A stretch of DNA of 64,000 nucleotides, taken from assembly GCA_024679065.1 (NCBI GenBank), contig JAGIQG010000003.1, positions 88,784,001-88,848,000 of the forward strand, given 5' to 3'. Below are positions 37,281-50,455 of this stretch, piece by piece. The stretch is from Sphyrna mokarran (lineage: Eukaryota). Position numbers and translations under genes: made by a program. Under the pieces are notes generated by a model, which worked only from the letters and a program-made list of their open reading frames with translations, was not told the origin of the DNA and ran no database searches. Position 1 is the stretch's first letter; each line of letters starts with the position of its first letter.

Positions 37281-38529
37281 CAAAATTCCACTTTTGAACC
37301 TTTGCAGTAGACTTGCTGACATCCCAATTTCCACTGCTTTTGTGGTTTAAAGTTTTTTGTGAAGTTTACTTTAATACCACCAGTTTTGGGCCACTGGCCA
37401 AGTTGACCCCACTAGTTTCATATTTGAAAAAAAAAAATGATTTTTTTCCTCTCTCTCAAATAGTCTAGATGTAGGACAAACTCTGCTCTTGAACTGCTGG
37501 TCAGGTGATTATTAAAACTTTCTGCTTAGATAAAAGCACGAATCAGGTTTTCTGGAGTCTGTGAAACAAATGGCTGTAACTTTTGTGATCTGGCTATACA
37601 AATTAGAAAACATAGCTGGAAAAAGAATATCAGCAGGATAACTGTTTAATCACAAAATTTGAAAAAAATATACTTGAAGGCAAGTATGAAATTCTGATCT
37701 CATTCTACAAGGTGCACGACTGCCTTGAATTTCAAATACTCCGACTGGTCTTTGGAGCACGTTGAAAAAAAATAGCTGATTTAGGTACAGGGAAATTAGA
37801 GAGAAAAAGACTACAAGGCAAAATGTAAAGTCACCAATATATTAATCTCGAGAGTAAATTCCAAAACAATCAATTCTCAACTGCAACACCCACTGAGGCT
37901 ACTGTTAATCACCACACACTAAACAGTACATTTCTAAGCATTTTCACCAAAATGTGCCATTTTTCAGAAATCTACAGTCCAATAATAAAGCCTGCATCAC
38001 GTTTAGCTGAATATTAATTGTGATGCGTGCTCAGCAAGCTACTTCACCTGACATAATGAAAGAAAATCCCTCCCACATACATGCTCCAATATAATTACCC
38101 AAATATAACACACTGTATCTGAGTGAACCCATCAAGCGTTTACAATACTTGCACCACCCAACTACCTTGGGATACAAATGGCACATTCGAGCCCGAAAGC
38201 CTCCAGTAATCAATAGAATATAAGGGCAATTAAAAATGTTATTTCAAATGGAATCCAAACATCAAACAAGTTATAACGTCAGTGTGATTTCACTGTCATT
38301 ACCACAGCCAAAAGATTAAACGTAATGAATAGATTCACTGAGCAACATCCCACTTGTCTTCAAATCAACCACAACTGAAAAAGATCAACCTCCACCATTT
38401 CAAAAGTAATTTGTTAGGCTGCTTAATTTCAAAACACCAAATCAGAGGTAAACATAAAAAGTTACATTGGATAAACATCAAGGAAACAGGCTACTCAGTT
38501 AATACCAGTGACATCCTCCATGCAAGCCT

Positions 38530-40900
38530 CCTCCCATATATCCTGATCTCAATCTACCATTTCAATCACCCATTCATTCCTTCCCTCTCATGTGACTATC
38601 CCCTTCCACTTGAAAGCATCCATGATATTAATTTTGACCACTTCATGGCAGTGAATGCCATATTCTCATCACTCCTTGGGTGAATAAGAGTCTTCTAAAT
38701 TTCCTGGTGACTATCTTCCATTGATGGTCCCTTGTTGCACTCTTCCCACAAGAGGAAATATTCTTTGTATTCACTCTATTAAAGCCTTTCATAATTTTAA
38801 AGGTCTTTATTTGATCTCAATTAAGAAACCAAGCTTGTAAACCTATTCCTGATTTGACGACTCAAGTTTCTGATATCATCTTTTAAATCATCTCAATCCT
38901 CTCCAATGCCTCTATATCCTTTTCATAATATAGTGTATAGAATTCAACGCAGTACTCAAATTGTTCTCTTAACCAAAGGTTGATATAAATTTTGCATAAA
39001 TTTCCAACATTTCAAGTCCATTGCCTTCAAAATATAGCTTGGTTTTTAAATGGCCCTGTTAACCTTTGACACATGTAGCAATCCCATTGTTCTTTTATTC
39101 CAGCCAGACTTGCACTTTCCAAATAATAACCGACTTCCCTATTCTTCCTATCAAGATACACTGACCACATTTATCATTTGTTAAATTTCATTTGCCAATT
39201 AGTTACTTATTCTGCAAGCTTTAGCGTCCTCCTGTCATTTGATACAGTTCTCTTCAGTATTGACTGCAATTCACCAACTTGGCGTCATTACAAATTTAGA
39301 AATGGCATTTTTAATTTGAAAATCCAAATCATTAATCTAAATTGTGAACAGGAGTGGTCCCAACATTGGTCCTTGTGGAACAACACTCCCCACCTTCTAC
39401 CATTCGGAATAATGACCTTTTATTCCCACATTCTGCTTTGTCTTGAAGTGAGCAAGCGATCCATTTCATCATTTATCCTCATACTTCCAATTCACTAACC
39501 TTACTAGTCCATTATGGGGCAATAATCATGTCTTTCTGAAATCCAGATAATTAACATCTAACACATAACCATTGTCTACTCTGGTACCTTCTGAAAGAAA
39601 ATGTTGGTCAGACAGATTTCCTCTGAAATCTGTGCAGATTATTCATTATTATCTTTTCTTCATTTCTAGATGTTCATTTATTCTCCTTTTGTAGGAGTTC
39701 CAGTATTTTTGTCTACAATTCCCTGGACATATTTTGTCTCCCCCTTCTTAAAAGTAGGAATTAAATTAGCTATTTGTCAGTCTTCTGGCATCACACCTTT
39801 TCCTAAGGAATCATTAAGTGTCTCTAGTAACGTCTCTGCTCTCTTTTCTCCTTAATTTTTTCAAATATGGAGGTTTAATCCATTGTTGGGCTTTATCCTT
39901 GGAGCTTGATTAGTTTCTTCAATACATCCATTTTTAATTTCATAAAGCATTCATCTCATTATCCTATGTCACATGCACTTATGCCTGCCAAGAAGCAAAG
40001 CTGAATAATTATATTTTTGCCATCTTGGATATTATCTTGTCTCTCACTTACTGGTCCTCTTCCTATCACTGCCTTTTTTATTGATTTGCTTATAAATTAT
40101 GATACTATTTTATGTCTTTTGATAATTTTGGTTTTTTACCACTATTTCTTTCAGTAGAGTGCGAGTGTCACAGGCAAAGCCAGGATCTGTTTCTCGCCCC
40201 TAATTGGCCTTGAACTGAATGGCTTGCTAGGCTATTTCAAAGAGCAGGTAAGAGTCAATCACATTGTTGTGGGTATGGAATCACACATAGGCCAGACTAA
40301 ATGAGAACAGTAGATTTCCTTCCCAGACGTGTTGTTATGCCATCCATGATAGTTCATGATAACAATTGCTGAAATTAGCTACATATTCCAGATTTATTAA
40401 TTCAATTTAAATTCTACCAGTTGCTCTAGTAGATTAACCTCAACTACTAATATCACTAATCCAGTGACATTCTCCCTGTGCTACTGTCTCACTAATGGTT
40501 CCTGTTTACTTTGCTAATTTTCACACAATTCTTCCCTAATCTCTCTCTATTGTCTTTTATCACGGTCCCCTCTGCTGTTTATGTACTTTATGTATGTCTC
40601 TTTCTTAATTGTTCTCTCATGGCTAATCGTCCATTAAGTTCCATTAATGCAAACTTTATGTTTTGCTTTTAATAGAATATTTTTCCCTGCACTATTGTGC
40701 ACCATTTTAAATGTTCTCCATTATTGTTTTGCATTATTATTTGCTAATATGGTTGCCAATTTATTTTGAGTTCTATTCTCAGTCCTTCAAAATCAGCTAT
40801 TTCTCTCATCTATTAACCTGTTTTTTTTCCATCATCATTGGGAAGTGCATCATATTATGGTCACTATTGTCTTGACGTTCCCCTATATTGACTTCTCTTA
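38530..40900 (-). mobile_element. Old, highly decayed CR1 LINE, interrupted by a SINE at 40160
   Basis: Reverse relics of GVVPQG...GPLLF (39350-39390) and NLVN/DDAK-like (39270-39300); pyrimidine-rich plus strand typical of antisense CR1. Confidence 0.6.
40160..40492 (-). mobile_element. tRNA-derived SINE (second family)
   Basis: ccttgaactgaatggcttgctaggctatttc...agagtcaatcacattg...gtagatttccttccc; matches 25985, 43350 and 54725. Confidence 0.75.
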
Positions 40901-42013
40901 TCTGCCCTGATTCATCCATTACAAGATCCAATTGTGCAATCTTCTCATGTCAGACTTTTTACATTTTAGGTTAGAAAGGAGCCCTTTCAACTTGTGTGTG
41001 AGCCTTTTTATTTTTAGGGAAGGTAGATTTAGTGAAAGAAAAAGCAGCAGAAATGAGACATATCTTTTTAGCCTCAAAATTCTCTTGATAGTGACATGTT
41101 GGCAAAATTATCTGCAGTGGAATCCTGCTCAGTCATTTCATTGCATGTGGTTTTAAAGGACTGCTGTTGATTAAAATAAATTGCAAGTGTTCTCATATAA
41201 AACATACCTTGAAGCAATTTTAACAGAGCCTTTTCCAAAGTGCATCTTGCCTCAGACTAGCATTCACAATCCACTATATTCTTAAAATATCTACACAGCT
41301 TGTGTAAACCTCACGTTGCAATTTATGCAAAATCTTTTTAAAGAAAAAGATTGTCAATCATCTATTTCATATTTGAGAAAACTCTAGAAAGTTTTTGTCT
41401 CAAACTTGTCATTGTATTCCTCCTACACAGGATGTATTGCAATGATTATAATCCAAGCCCTTCCTTCTCCCTTTTTTGTCTCCTCCCCCTCCTTCCCAAT
41501 GAAATGCTCATGCTGAATCATTCTGTAAATACATAGAGGATTAGGATTATGTCAATGAATCACACTTATTTAAAAGGGTCACTCTTTTTGTTCAATGTAC
41601 ATGCAAAGCCATTTAATTTGCACGTTCACACATAACCAATCTCTAATCTTTAGAAATGAAGATCAAGTCATTGCATTTGCCATGCCCTCAAGGACTAAAG
41701 TGTCAGGCACAAATTAACTGCAATAATTTGCTATAATTGTGTCTGGAAAATAAGTATTTTGGGAATATGATTCCCTTTCTGAATGTTTCAAACACAAGAC
41801 TTTATCTTGCTTCAGGCACTTTACTGTGTTTTTTCAGAGTGAAAAATTGTAATCATATTAAACATGTATTGTTGTAGATTATGTCTATTATCTTCCAAAG
41901 CAGACAGTCCATTACTGCAATCTATAACAAAGCTGATTTAATGCATAAAGAATCGTTCATTTCCAAAACAGGTGCGGAATTTCCGCCCATCCCCAACTTC
42001 CAGGTGTACATAC

Positions 42014-42061
42014 CCGTTTCTGATCTTCCAGCTGTTTCTGCGGCAGGTTTTGATCAAGCTC
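42014..42061 (-). CDS. ITPR1: ITPR1 48-nt cassette exon (phase 0 to 0), SII splice segment C homolog: ELDQNLPQKQLEDQKR
   Basis: 16 aa aligning with mammalian SII-C ELEPSPPLRQLEDHKR (same length; EL...QLED.KR), directly before the GEALRQ exon. Acceptor ccttctaccAG at 42062-42063, donor CGG|GTATGT at 42012-42013. Confidence 0.9.
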
Positions 42062-43349
42062 CTGGTAGAAGGATGGACATGCAGAAAACAAGATTTTCTT
42101 TTCAAGATTGTATCAATTAACACCAAAGGTCTAATTCCTCATACCACATGTCAAGCAACAGTTAGATACTAAATGCTTCATGCGATTCAACATAGTATTC
42201 CATCTGCGATAATCAATATTGTTAGTTGGCACCATTTTGTTTGGACAAAATACTTCATTGCTTTCGGACAGTTTATACAATTTGTACAATTTTTTGACAT
42301 ACGTAAACTATAAAGGTAAAGAAAAGGGATACTCTTAGCGGTACGAATTGTACAAGTGGGGTACATGCAGGATAGCAGAAGCAGCAAGCGGAATGCAGTT
42401 TTTCAGCAAAGCACATAACTGTATCTATTCAATTTTAGTCCTCCTTCCACCCATAAAATCTCATGGGTGTGTTGCTCAAGTCAGAGAGTGAATTAGGTGA
42501 ATCACATTTCCAGCAGGTTCCAGCACCAACCTTGGAGCAAGTGTTAGCTTTAGCTTGAAAGGAATTAGCCTGAAGAGTGAGGTCAGGGGGTCAACCCTAC
42601 TCCCTTCTCTCTCTCAGCTGAATAACTCTAGAATTTGCCTTATCCCAGGCAACAGCCATAATCAAATGAACTCAACAAGGTCCTAGCTAAGTACTGCCAC
42701 CTACTAAATCCTAAACTTGTTAAAAATATCTCCTGCACCCCTTTAGAGGGATATTTCAACATCTGGACCAGGCAACAGTGGAACAAATAACTCCGGTATG
42801 ATATTAAAATTTATGCCAACTACTGCATTTCAACTTCACGTATCATAATTGAAGACATTCATTCCAAAGATGCATACCATAATTCATCGAAACAATTCGC
42901 AAACAATCTGCCCACTGAATCAAACTGTATTCAATTCTTTTGAGAAATTTAATATATTTACAATGTTACCAACTCACTGTCGAGCTGAATTTTCTGCAAC
43001 CAAGCATTACATTCAGTTTTTCTTGGAGCTTGCCAACTTGATGTTGACAGAAACCAGAGGTTTAATCATATTGGATGGGATCTGGAAAACTCAGGACTCT
43101 TCCACACCTCCATTTTTTTGTCAAATCAAACCACACAGTTTTTTTTTTAATATATACTCTATTGGAGGAACAGATATAAGGGAGTAGTGTGGTTACATTG
43201 CAAAAGAAAATCTGTAAAGCTCGTCGCATTAATAGTGTCACTAGCCTCCTGACTCGCCTTTTGAAAATTCAATGTGTAAGCTTCAGGACTGATTCTTGTA
43301 AAACCCTACAGTACAAAGCATTTTTTTTTTTTAAATAAATTATTTTTTC

Positions 43350-43678
43350 TTTCACTGGCAAAACTGACATTTGTTGCCCATCCCTAATTGCCCTTGAACT
43401 GGCTGGCTTGCTCAGCCATTTCAAAGGTCAAAGTTAAAAGTTAACTGCTTTGCTGTAGGTCTACAGTCATATGCTTGGCAGATTTTCTTTCCTAAACAAC
43501 ATTGATAAACCAAATGAGCTTTTACATGGTTTCATATGGTCACTATTACTGAATCTGCAGTTTTTGTTCCATTCCAGATCATTAATTAAATTGAAATTGG
43601 GATTTGAACCCTTGCCCGCAGAGCATTAGACTAGGCCTCTGGATTACCAGTCCAGTAGTATGACCAACGTACCACCTA
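43350..43678 (-). mobile_element. tRNA-derived SINE (second family)
   Basis: tgcccatccctaattgcccttgaactg...gggatttgaaccc...ggattaccagtccagt. Confidence 0.75.
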
Positions 43679-44864
43679 GGCTGATCTGTTGAATGAGCTA
43701 TATAATTAGATCCTCTCACCATCTTTTTCCATTTGGTCCAGCTTATTTTTCAGTTGAGTCTACATCTATTTCCTTTATTAAAGTCAATGTTGAATTTTCT
43801 TCCACTATTTTTTTCAGGCAGCATATTCCAAATCATAACAACTCGCTGTATAAAAGCCCTACTTGTGACCCTTTTGCCACTAACTCTCTCCCCTGTTAGC
43901 AATCTTCAGTGCCAGTGGAAATGGCTTCTCCTTAATTATTCTGAAAAAGCATCTCAATATTGAGCACCTCCTCTCAATCTTCCCCACACTAAAATATCCA
44001 CAACAAATGATTGTGATCAACAACTACTGATCTCCTGGATCTAGTGCTATTCACTAGCATGGAGCTAACAAGTTTGCTCCGCAATGCTGACATATACAGG
44101 TGTGTTTTTCTTTCCTTCCTCAAGACTAAATCAAATGAATGGCAGACTGGGTGAGGTGGAACATAATGTTAAAAACTTAATTGCACATGCTGGTTCCAGA
44201 CGACCGCCTGACCCACAACTTGATCCAAGGCTAACACAAAGCAGATATTTCCCTATCTGGATGCGAAGAACGGTTCGACGAATTAGTACATTTAGTTTTA
44301 TCTTGACGTTAGACAACTCTTTAATAACGTGCAAACAGAGTGGAGTTGAGCTGAAATGTGTCAAATGGCAGTCAACAAGTTTTTGACGAAGTCACAGGGA
44401 AGTCGCAAGCTGAAGCGGGATGTGAATGTTATCCGGATTAAATCATCTTAGACTCCACAAATCTACTTGTCATTCAATATAATTATATTACAGTGGTGTG
44501 GATTCACTCCAGTGACAACAGCCACAACACCAAGTGACGTCGTGAGGTGTTATGGTTAAGGCTCTGATCCTGGGAACATGACTTACAGTATTATTGGGGT
44601 ACAACTTAGTTTTGAATGCCCAACACCAATTCCAATGGCCAAGCTTCAATACTGGTATTGAACTTTAGTCATGCACCAACTATTTCAGATATCTTCTAAA
44701 TTTCTGAAATATTGTTGTCCTCTTTACAACCAAGGACAACATATGGAACCAATCTCATCATAAATCATTAGATTTTCATTGGACCATTTCTGCTGAGGCA
44801 GGGCACACCAGCCAACCTTGGTTATGTCAGTGCTCTTTTACCAAAGGACAAAATGTCAGAATTG

Positions 44865-45290
44865 CAGCCATGAGCTAAGATTGAATAGGCTAGAATTGCT
44901 TTTCGTCAGACAGAGGAGACTAAGGGGTGGCCTTATTGAGGTGTATAAATTTGAGGGGCCGAGATAGGGTAGACAAGAAAGAGTTATTTCTCTGAGCGAG
45001 GGATCATTTACCAGGAGATACAGATTTAAGGTGCATTGTGGAAGGATTAGAAGGACATGAAGGAAAGCTTTTTGACCCAGAAGGTGGTGGGCATCTGGAA
45101 TTCACTGCCCAAATTGGTGGTTGAGGCTGAAATGCTCACCTTATTTGAAGGGTGGCTGGATCTGTATCTGATATGCTGTAACTTGCAAGGCTACAGACCT
45201 GATCCTGGAAAATGGGACTAAAATGAGTGGATAGTTTCTTTTCACTCTACATTTTTGGCTGGCACAGATAGAATGAGTGAATAGCCTTGG
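44865..45290 (+). mobile_element. CR1 LINE 3' end
   Basis: GGAGACTAAGGGG...CTTATTGAGGTGTATAAA (RRLRG.LIEVYK), TTTTTGACCCAGAAGGTGGTG...TGGAATTCACTGCC, then 3' UTR. Confidence 0.8.
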
Positions 45291-46289
45291 CAATAAAATG
45301 TGGATAGTTGTATGGGCATGGGGAAAATTGAGCAAATTACAAACATTTAATAGCAGCTTAGTTGACAGTCAAAGGATAAATTAGTTTCAACTGTGTTGTT
45401 TGGTGGATGGTGTAGTCTGCATGGGAGAACTTTGAATGGTTAAAGTGTATCAGGGGAGGCCCTCTGTCTGACTAGACTACACGTTACATAGATTCTCACC
45501 TGTCAGCTGAAGTATGCCAAAGGACAGTCAATCGACAGTCAATCTAGCGTTTTATGTCAAAGATTTGCGTTTGAAAACGCGAATCATTACTCTCTAGATT
45601 TAAACACAGAAATGATTAATAAATGAAACCTCAGGTCATTCATGGTGTCAGTTCCATGAAACTATAAAAGCAGCTTTCTGAAACAAGTCCACAGAGCAGT
45701 CAGTGCTGAGGGAACATTTTTCTTGGCTACTCAACTTCAGTTCACACAGCATCATGCAAATCATAGAGCTTGTTTTTTAAAAAAAATGTTCACGTCATGC
45801 ACTGCAAGATCACAATCTTAATACCCACAGCATGGATAAGTTTCAACAATGTTGGGAATAGAAGATAAAAGGAGGGAATAATAATACATCATGACAATGT
45901 GCAGGGGTACAATTTTCTCAGGAAAACTAGGGATGTGGTCTGAAAAGAGATATGTGATCATAATACATGGTTATGGTTGACTGACAATCATAGTCTGCAA
46001 TTCAATAACTATGTGCCAAAGCTAAAGCTGTTGAGATGGCAGTTTTCCATGTGTGAAATTTAAGCTCATATGACCCCACTGCTTCAAACAGAAGGTTCAA
46101 TTGAGTACAAGACACATCAGAGACTCAGTGTGAAAAGTGCAGGTTTTTCTACTCTTTTTCAAAGAATGCGATACAAAACAATGTTTTCCACTTGATCAGT
46201 TAATTAGGCATAAAACAAACTGCTGCTGTGCTCACACAACTGCATTGCGTACTATTTTTTTTTGGAAATTATATCTGGAAGGGTGCAAC

Positions 46290-46590
46290 AGTCAACTGTG
46301 TCTTTGGGGTAGCATGTTTGTCTCGGGGTCAGAAAGTCGTAGGTTCAGGTCCCACAACAAAGGCTTGAGCCCAAAAATGTGGCGTGATACTCCATTTGTA
46401 ACACTGACGAAGTGCCGGAGGCGCAATCTCTTAGATACGTCATTAAACTGAACTCCCGTCCCACTCGGGTGGAGACAAAAGAACCCATGGCATTATTTAG
46501 AAAAGAGGCAGGGGAGTTATCGCAGGTCCTTTGGACAGTGATTACTCTGAAATCAACGTCACAAAAAACTTACTGTCTGGCCATATATAT
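46290..46590 (+). mobile_element. DeuSINE-like (SacSINE1/AmnSINE1-type) fragment
   Basis: GTCAGAAAG.CGTAGGTTCAGGTCCCAC head; core GTGCCGGAGGCGCAATC...ACGTCATTAAAC...GGGTGGA...CCCATGGCATTATTT. Confidence 0.65.
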
Positions 46591-47299
46591 TTAAAAGATC
46601 ATGTTTGAAAGAAATAAGGTAATTTGGCTAGCAAGACTTGTTGCACCTATAATCCTCATCACATAGCACTCCTAGCAAATTTATAATCACAAGAATCAAG
46701 TGATGTTTGTTGAGTTTGGTTTAAAGAAAGCAATGCAGGACCTTAAAAACATTCAAGCCATGAGATCCAGGGGTATGTTTACCTCAATGTATTGCATATA
46801 TCTTCCCATGGCGTAGCTCCACATACAACCTTTTGCAGAGATTCCTGCACTTTGGACTTTACAAATTAACTATCTATAATACAGAAGTTTGTGATTATCA
46901 TGTTGCTGTTTGCAGGAGTATGCAGCGTGGTTCCTAAGTGACAATTAGGATTCAGTACCTTCAGTAGTTACTTTCAGATGTTTTGAGGCAATGAAAGGTA
47001 AGTGCAAATCATTCTTTTCTCCCATTGGGATCTACAATTCAGAACAATACTCAAATTGTCTGCCAGGGATAACCAGCTCAATGCCAGTGTAGCAATTTGA
47101 TTGCTTGCTTTTGTCAAGAAATGAGAAGCTCTGAAATGACCACAATTGATGAGTTTGCAAAGGGAACATATGTTGAACTGTGAAGATGATAGGGATCTTC
47201 CATTCAAAAAGATATTTATTTTTTGAAATATGAATTTGTTTACCAAAAATATAATCTTATGACATAGCATCTGAGGGTTGGTTTTTAGTCATGAGTATT

Positions 47300-47506
47300 T
47301 AAGTAAAGTTGCCATAGTCCCAGATGACCATAGGATCTCTCCTCTTTGAGCTGAGTGATGGTGATTTTTACCTGAGGATGATATTACAAGCAAGGGGCAA
47401 GGTCAGACGGACAGACCTGCATGAATAATCTCAGCCAATACAGGAGCTGAACCTGCACTTGGCAATGCTCTGCCTCACTCACTAGCTATTCAGCCAACTG
47501 AGCTAG
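47300..47506 (-). mobile_element. tRNA-derived SINE (third family)
   Basis: Reverse tRNA-like head (cagccaactgagcta; gctgaacctgc) and body aagttgccatagtcccagatgaccatagg. Confidence 0.55.
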
Positions 47507-47939
47507 GTGATGTTGCTACAAATTACTTCTCCTGAACTGGTTCCAGAGATTTCACACTATTTAGTGGGAATCCAGCCTTGCAATGAGAACAAAAATTGTT
47601 GAACCGTTATCCTGTCAGGAACTCATTTATATAATTATCTAGGGATGTACGTGAATATCAACAAAGTGACAATCAGTACAGACCACCAGCAACAACAATT
47701 CAAATGACTAACAATCATCCTGAACAAAATTCTCTGGAAAGGTCATAGAATGGGAAGAATTTACAAAAACATCAGTTGGCAATTGGTGTAGATTCTTGGA
47801 TGTGTGTCATTCTTACTGAACTTGCTGAAAACATTACTCTGAATAACCCAGGGACCTGAAACTATTCCAACAATTTTCAGGTTAGTGTGGTCACACATTT
47901 TTAAAGGATCCTATTAAAGTACCTCCTTGGCCAAATAGG

Positions 47940-48360
47940 CATAGGAAAATGCAAATTAGGGGTAGGAGTAGGCCATTCAGCCCCTTGAACTGCTCTGCCA
48001 CCATACAATTAGATCATGGCTGATTTAATTTTAATCTCATCATATTACTGCCTACCCTTGATAATCTTTCACTTCTTTGTTTCTAAGAATCTATCTATAT
48101 TTGTCTTAAAGATATTCAAATACTGTCAATCACCTTTAGAATACAAGTCTCTTAACCCTCAGAATTTTTTCCCTCCCCTATCCGTCCGAAAAGCAGTTTC
48201 ATTAGTGACCCTTAGTTCTGGAATCTCCCATGAGAGGGAACATTCTTCCCATATTCACTCCGTCAAGGTCCCTCAAGATCTTCTATGTTTCAATCAAGTC
48301 GTCTCTTACTTTAGCAGATACGAGGCTTGTCTGTCCAATCTATCATCATAAGACTCTCCA
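47940..48360 (-). mobile_element. CR1 LINE 3' fragment
   Basis: ggagtaggccattcagccccttgaac...agatcatggctgat tail. Confidence 0.7.
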
Positions 48361-48439
48361 GCCATACCAGGTATTAATTCAATGGCAGCATTTCCATCTG
48401 TGGTTCAGATGGTTGTCAGAATAGCATGCAAGGAGAAGA

Positions 48440-50455
48440 CAGGTAAACATGCAAGGAAGAAAGGAATAGGTAGTTATACACAGATTAGGTGGAGAACATA
48501 CATACCAGCATAGCTTACCAAGGGTTTGTTCCTTTACTGGATATAATTTTTTGCTTATTCACAGGAGGAATCGGGAGTAAAGCTTTTCTTAATGATGTAT
48601 TAGCCAGAGAACCCTGAGAATACAGGCACAGACTCCAGGATTGTGATAAAATTCCACAGAAAAGGTTTGTGTGGCATGTTAAAGTATTTAGGATTGAGGG
48701 TAATATATTGGCATGGTAAATATGAGTTAGAGAGACTTTTAATTGGTAATGGGAAGGCAGAAAAATGGGGATGAGGAGCATATTAGTCATAATCGGATGG
48801 CGGAGCAGATGCGATTGGCCAAATGGCCTATTTCAGCTTCTATATCTTATGAACTTGTGGGTTCAGAATTGATTAACGGACAGGAAACAGAATAGGAATA
48901 AGTGCGTCTCTTTCAGAGTTAAAGGCTGTGACTAGTGTGGTCCCACAGTGATCTGTGCTTGGGCCCCAGCTATTCACAATATATAAAAGCAAAGAACAAA
49001 GAAAATTACAGCACAGGAACAGGCCCTTCAGCCTTCCAAACCTGCACCAACCATACTGCCCAACTTAACTAAAACCTCCTACCTTTCCCGGGACCGTATT
49101 CCCATCCTATTTTTCTATTTGTTAAGATGCCTCTTAAAAGTCACTACCATATCCACTTCCACCATCTCCTCGGGCAACGAGTTCCAGGCACTCACTATTC
49201 TGTGTAAAAAATCTGTCTCGTGCATTTCCTTTAAATCTTGCCCCTCACACCTTAAACGTGTAAATTACTGTGGATGCTGGAATCTGAAACCAAGAGAGAA
49301 AATTGATAATATATACACTGGATGAGGGAAGCAAATGCAATATTTCTGCGTTTGCTGTCAACACAAAACTAGGTGGAATTGTAAGTGGTGAGGAGGAAGT
49401 AAAGAGACTTCAAGGCAATTTAGATAAGTTGAGTGAGTGGCCAATTGCATGACAATGCAATATAGCATGGAAGTGTGTGAAGTTATTCAATTCAAGAAAT
49501 ATGCTAGTGTACTATTAAAATAGTGCTAGATCGGGAAATGTTGATGCATAAAGGGACCTGGATATCCTTGAACTCCGATGATGGAAAGCAAGTGGTCAGA
49601 TGCAGTAAGCAGTTGGGAAAGCAAATGATATTGCTTTCATTGCAAGAGGATTTGAGTACAGTAACAAAGATATCTTACTACAGCTCTACAGGGCTTTGGT
49701 GAGACCACACCTGGAGTATTGTGTGCATTTGTAAGAACTCAGAGCAGGAGAAAGCAACTTAGCCCCTCAAACCTGCTCCACCATTCAATCATGGCTCATT
49801 TCATCTTGGCCTCAACTCCTCTTTCCTGCCCATACACCATAGCCCTACAAATCCTTACTAATTAAAAGTCTGTCCACCTCTACCTTAAATTTACTCAAAA
49901 CACCAGCATCCATCATGCTCTGCGGTAGCAAATTCCTTAAAGAAGTAATTTCTCCTCATTTCTGTTGCAGCAAAGGTTCACAGGACTGATTCCTGGGATG
50001 GTCATACAAGGAGAGATCAGGTCAGCTTGGCTTGTATTCACTGAAGTTTAGAGGAATGGCAGGGAGGGGTGTGTTGTATTTAAATGTATAAAATTCTGAC
50101 AGAGCTGGACACACTAGGTGCAGGGTAGAGTGGGGGTGGGGGGGAAACAAGTCTAGAAGAGGGCATGGTGTCAGGATACAGGGTAGGCCATTTAGGAACG
50201 AACTGGGGAGAACTTTCTTTTCTCAGAGGGTGGTGAACCTGTGGCATTTTCTACCACAGAAAGATGTGGAGGCCAACTCACTGAATGTGTTTAATAATAG
50301 ATAAACAGATTTCTAGACACGAAAAGTATCAAGGAACATGGCGAGAGAGTGGGAGTCTGGCATTGAGAAAGAGGTTCAGCCATGGTCACGTTGAATAGTG
50401 AATCAGATTTGATGGGCTGAATGGCCTACTCCTGCTTCTATTTTCTGTGTTTTCT
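48440..50455 (+). mobile_element. CR1 LINE RT-to-3' end with nested antisense insertions (about 48990-49300 and 49730-49965)
   Basis: VTSVVPQ*SVLGPQLFTIY (48925-48985), LYRALVRPHLEYCV (49685-49725), FFSQRVVNLW (50215-50245), tail GATGGGCTGAATGGCCTACTCCTGC. Confidence 0.85.

Noticed and set aside
485-42061. Assignment to ITPR2 or ITPR3
   Set aside because: The SII-C-like exon, the GEALRQ/RRxS exon and [16 protein letters not shown] match type 1; formal confirmation needs a phylogeny.
42978-43030. Possible exon ending at a GTGAGT donor (an AENS-like peptide in one frame)
   Set aside because: The AENS frame does not end in phase 0; the in-phase 51-nt reading has no ITPR1 similarity and a poor acceptor.
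45591-45593. Possible 3-nt microexon ctag|AGA|gtaatg
   Set aside because: Weak polypyrimidine tract and donor; encodes Arg rather than the Gln of mammalian SII-B; pattern expected by chance.
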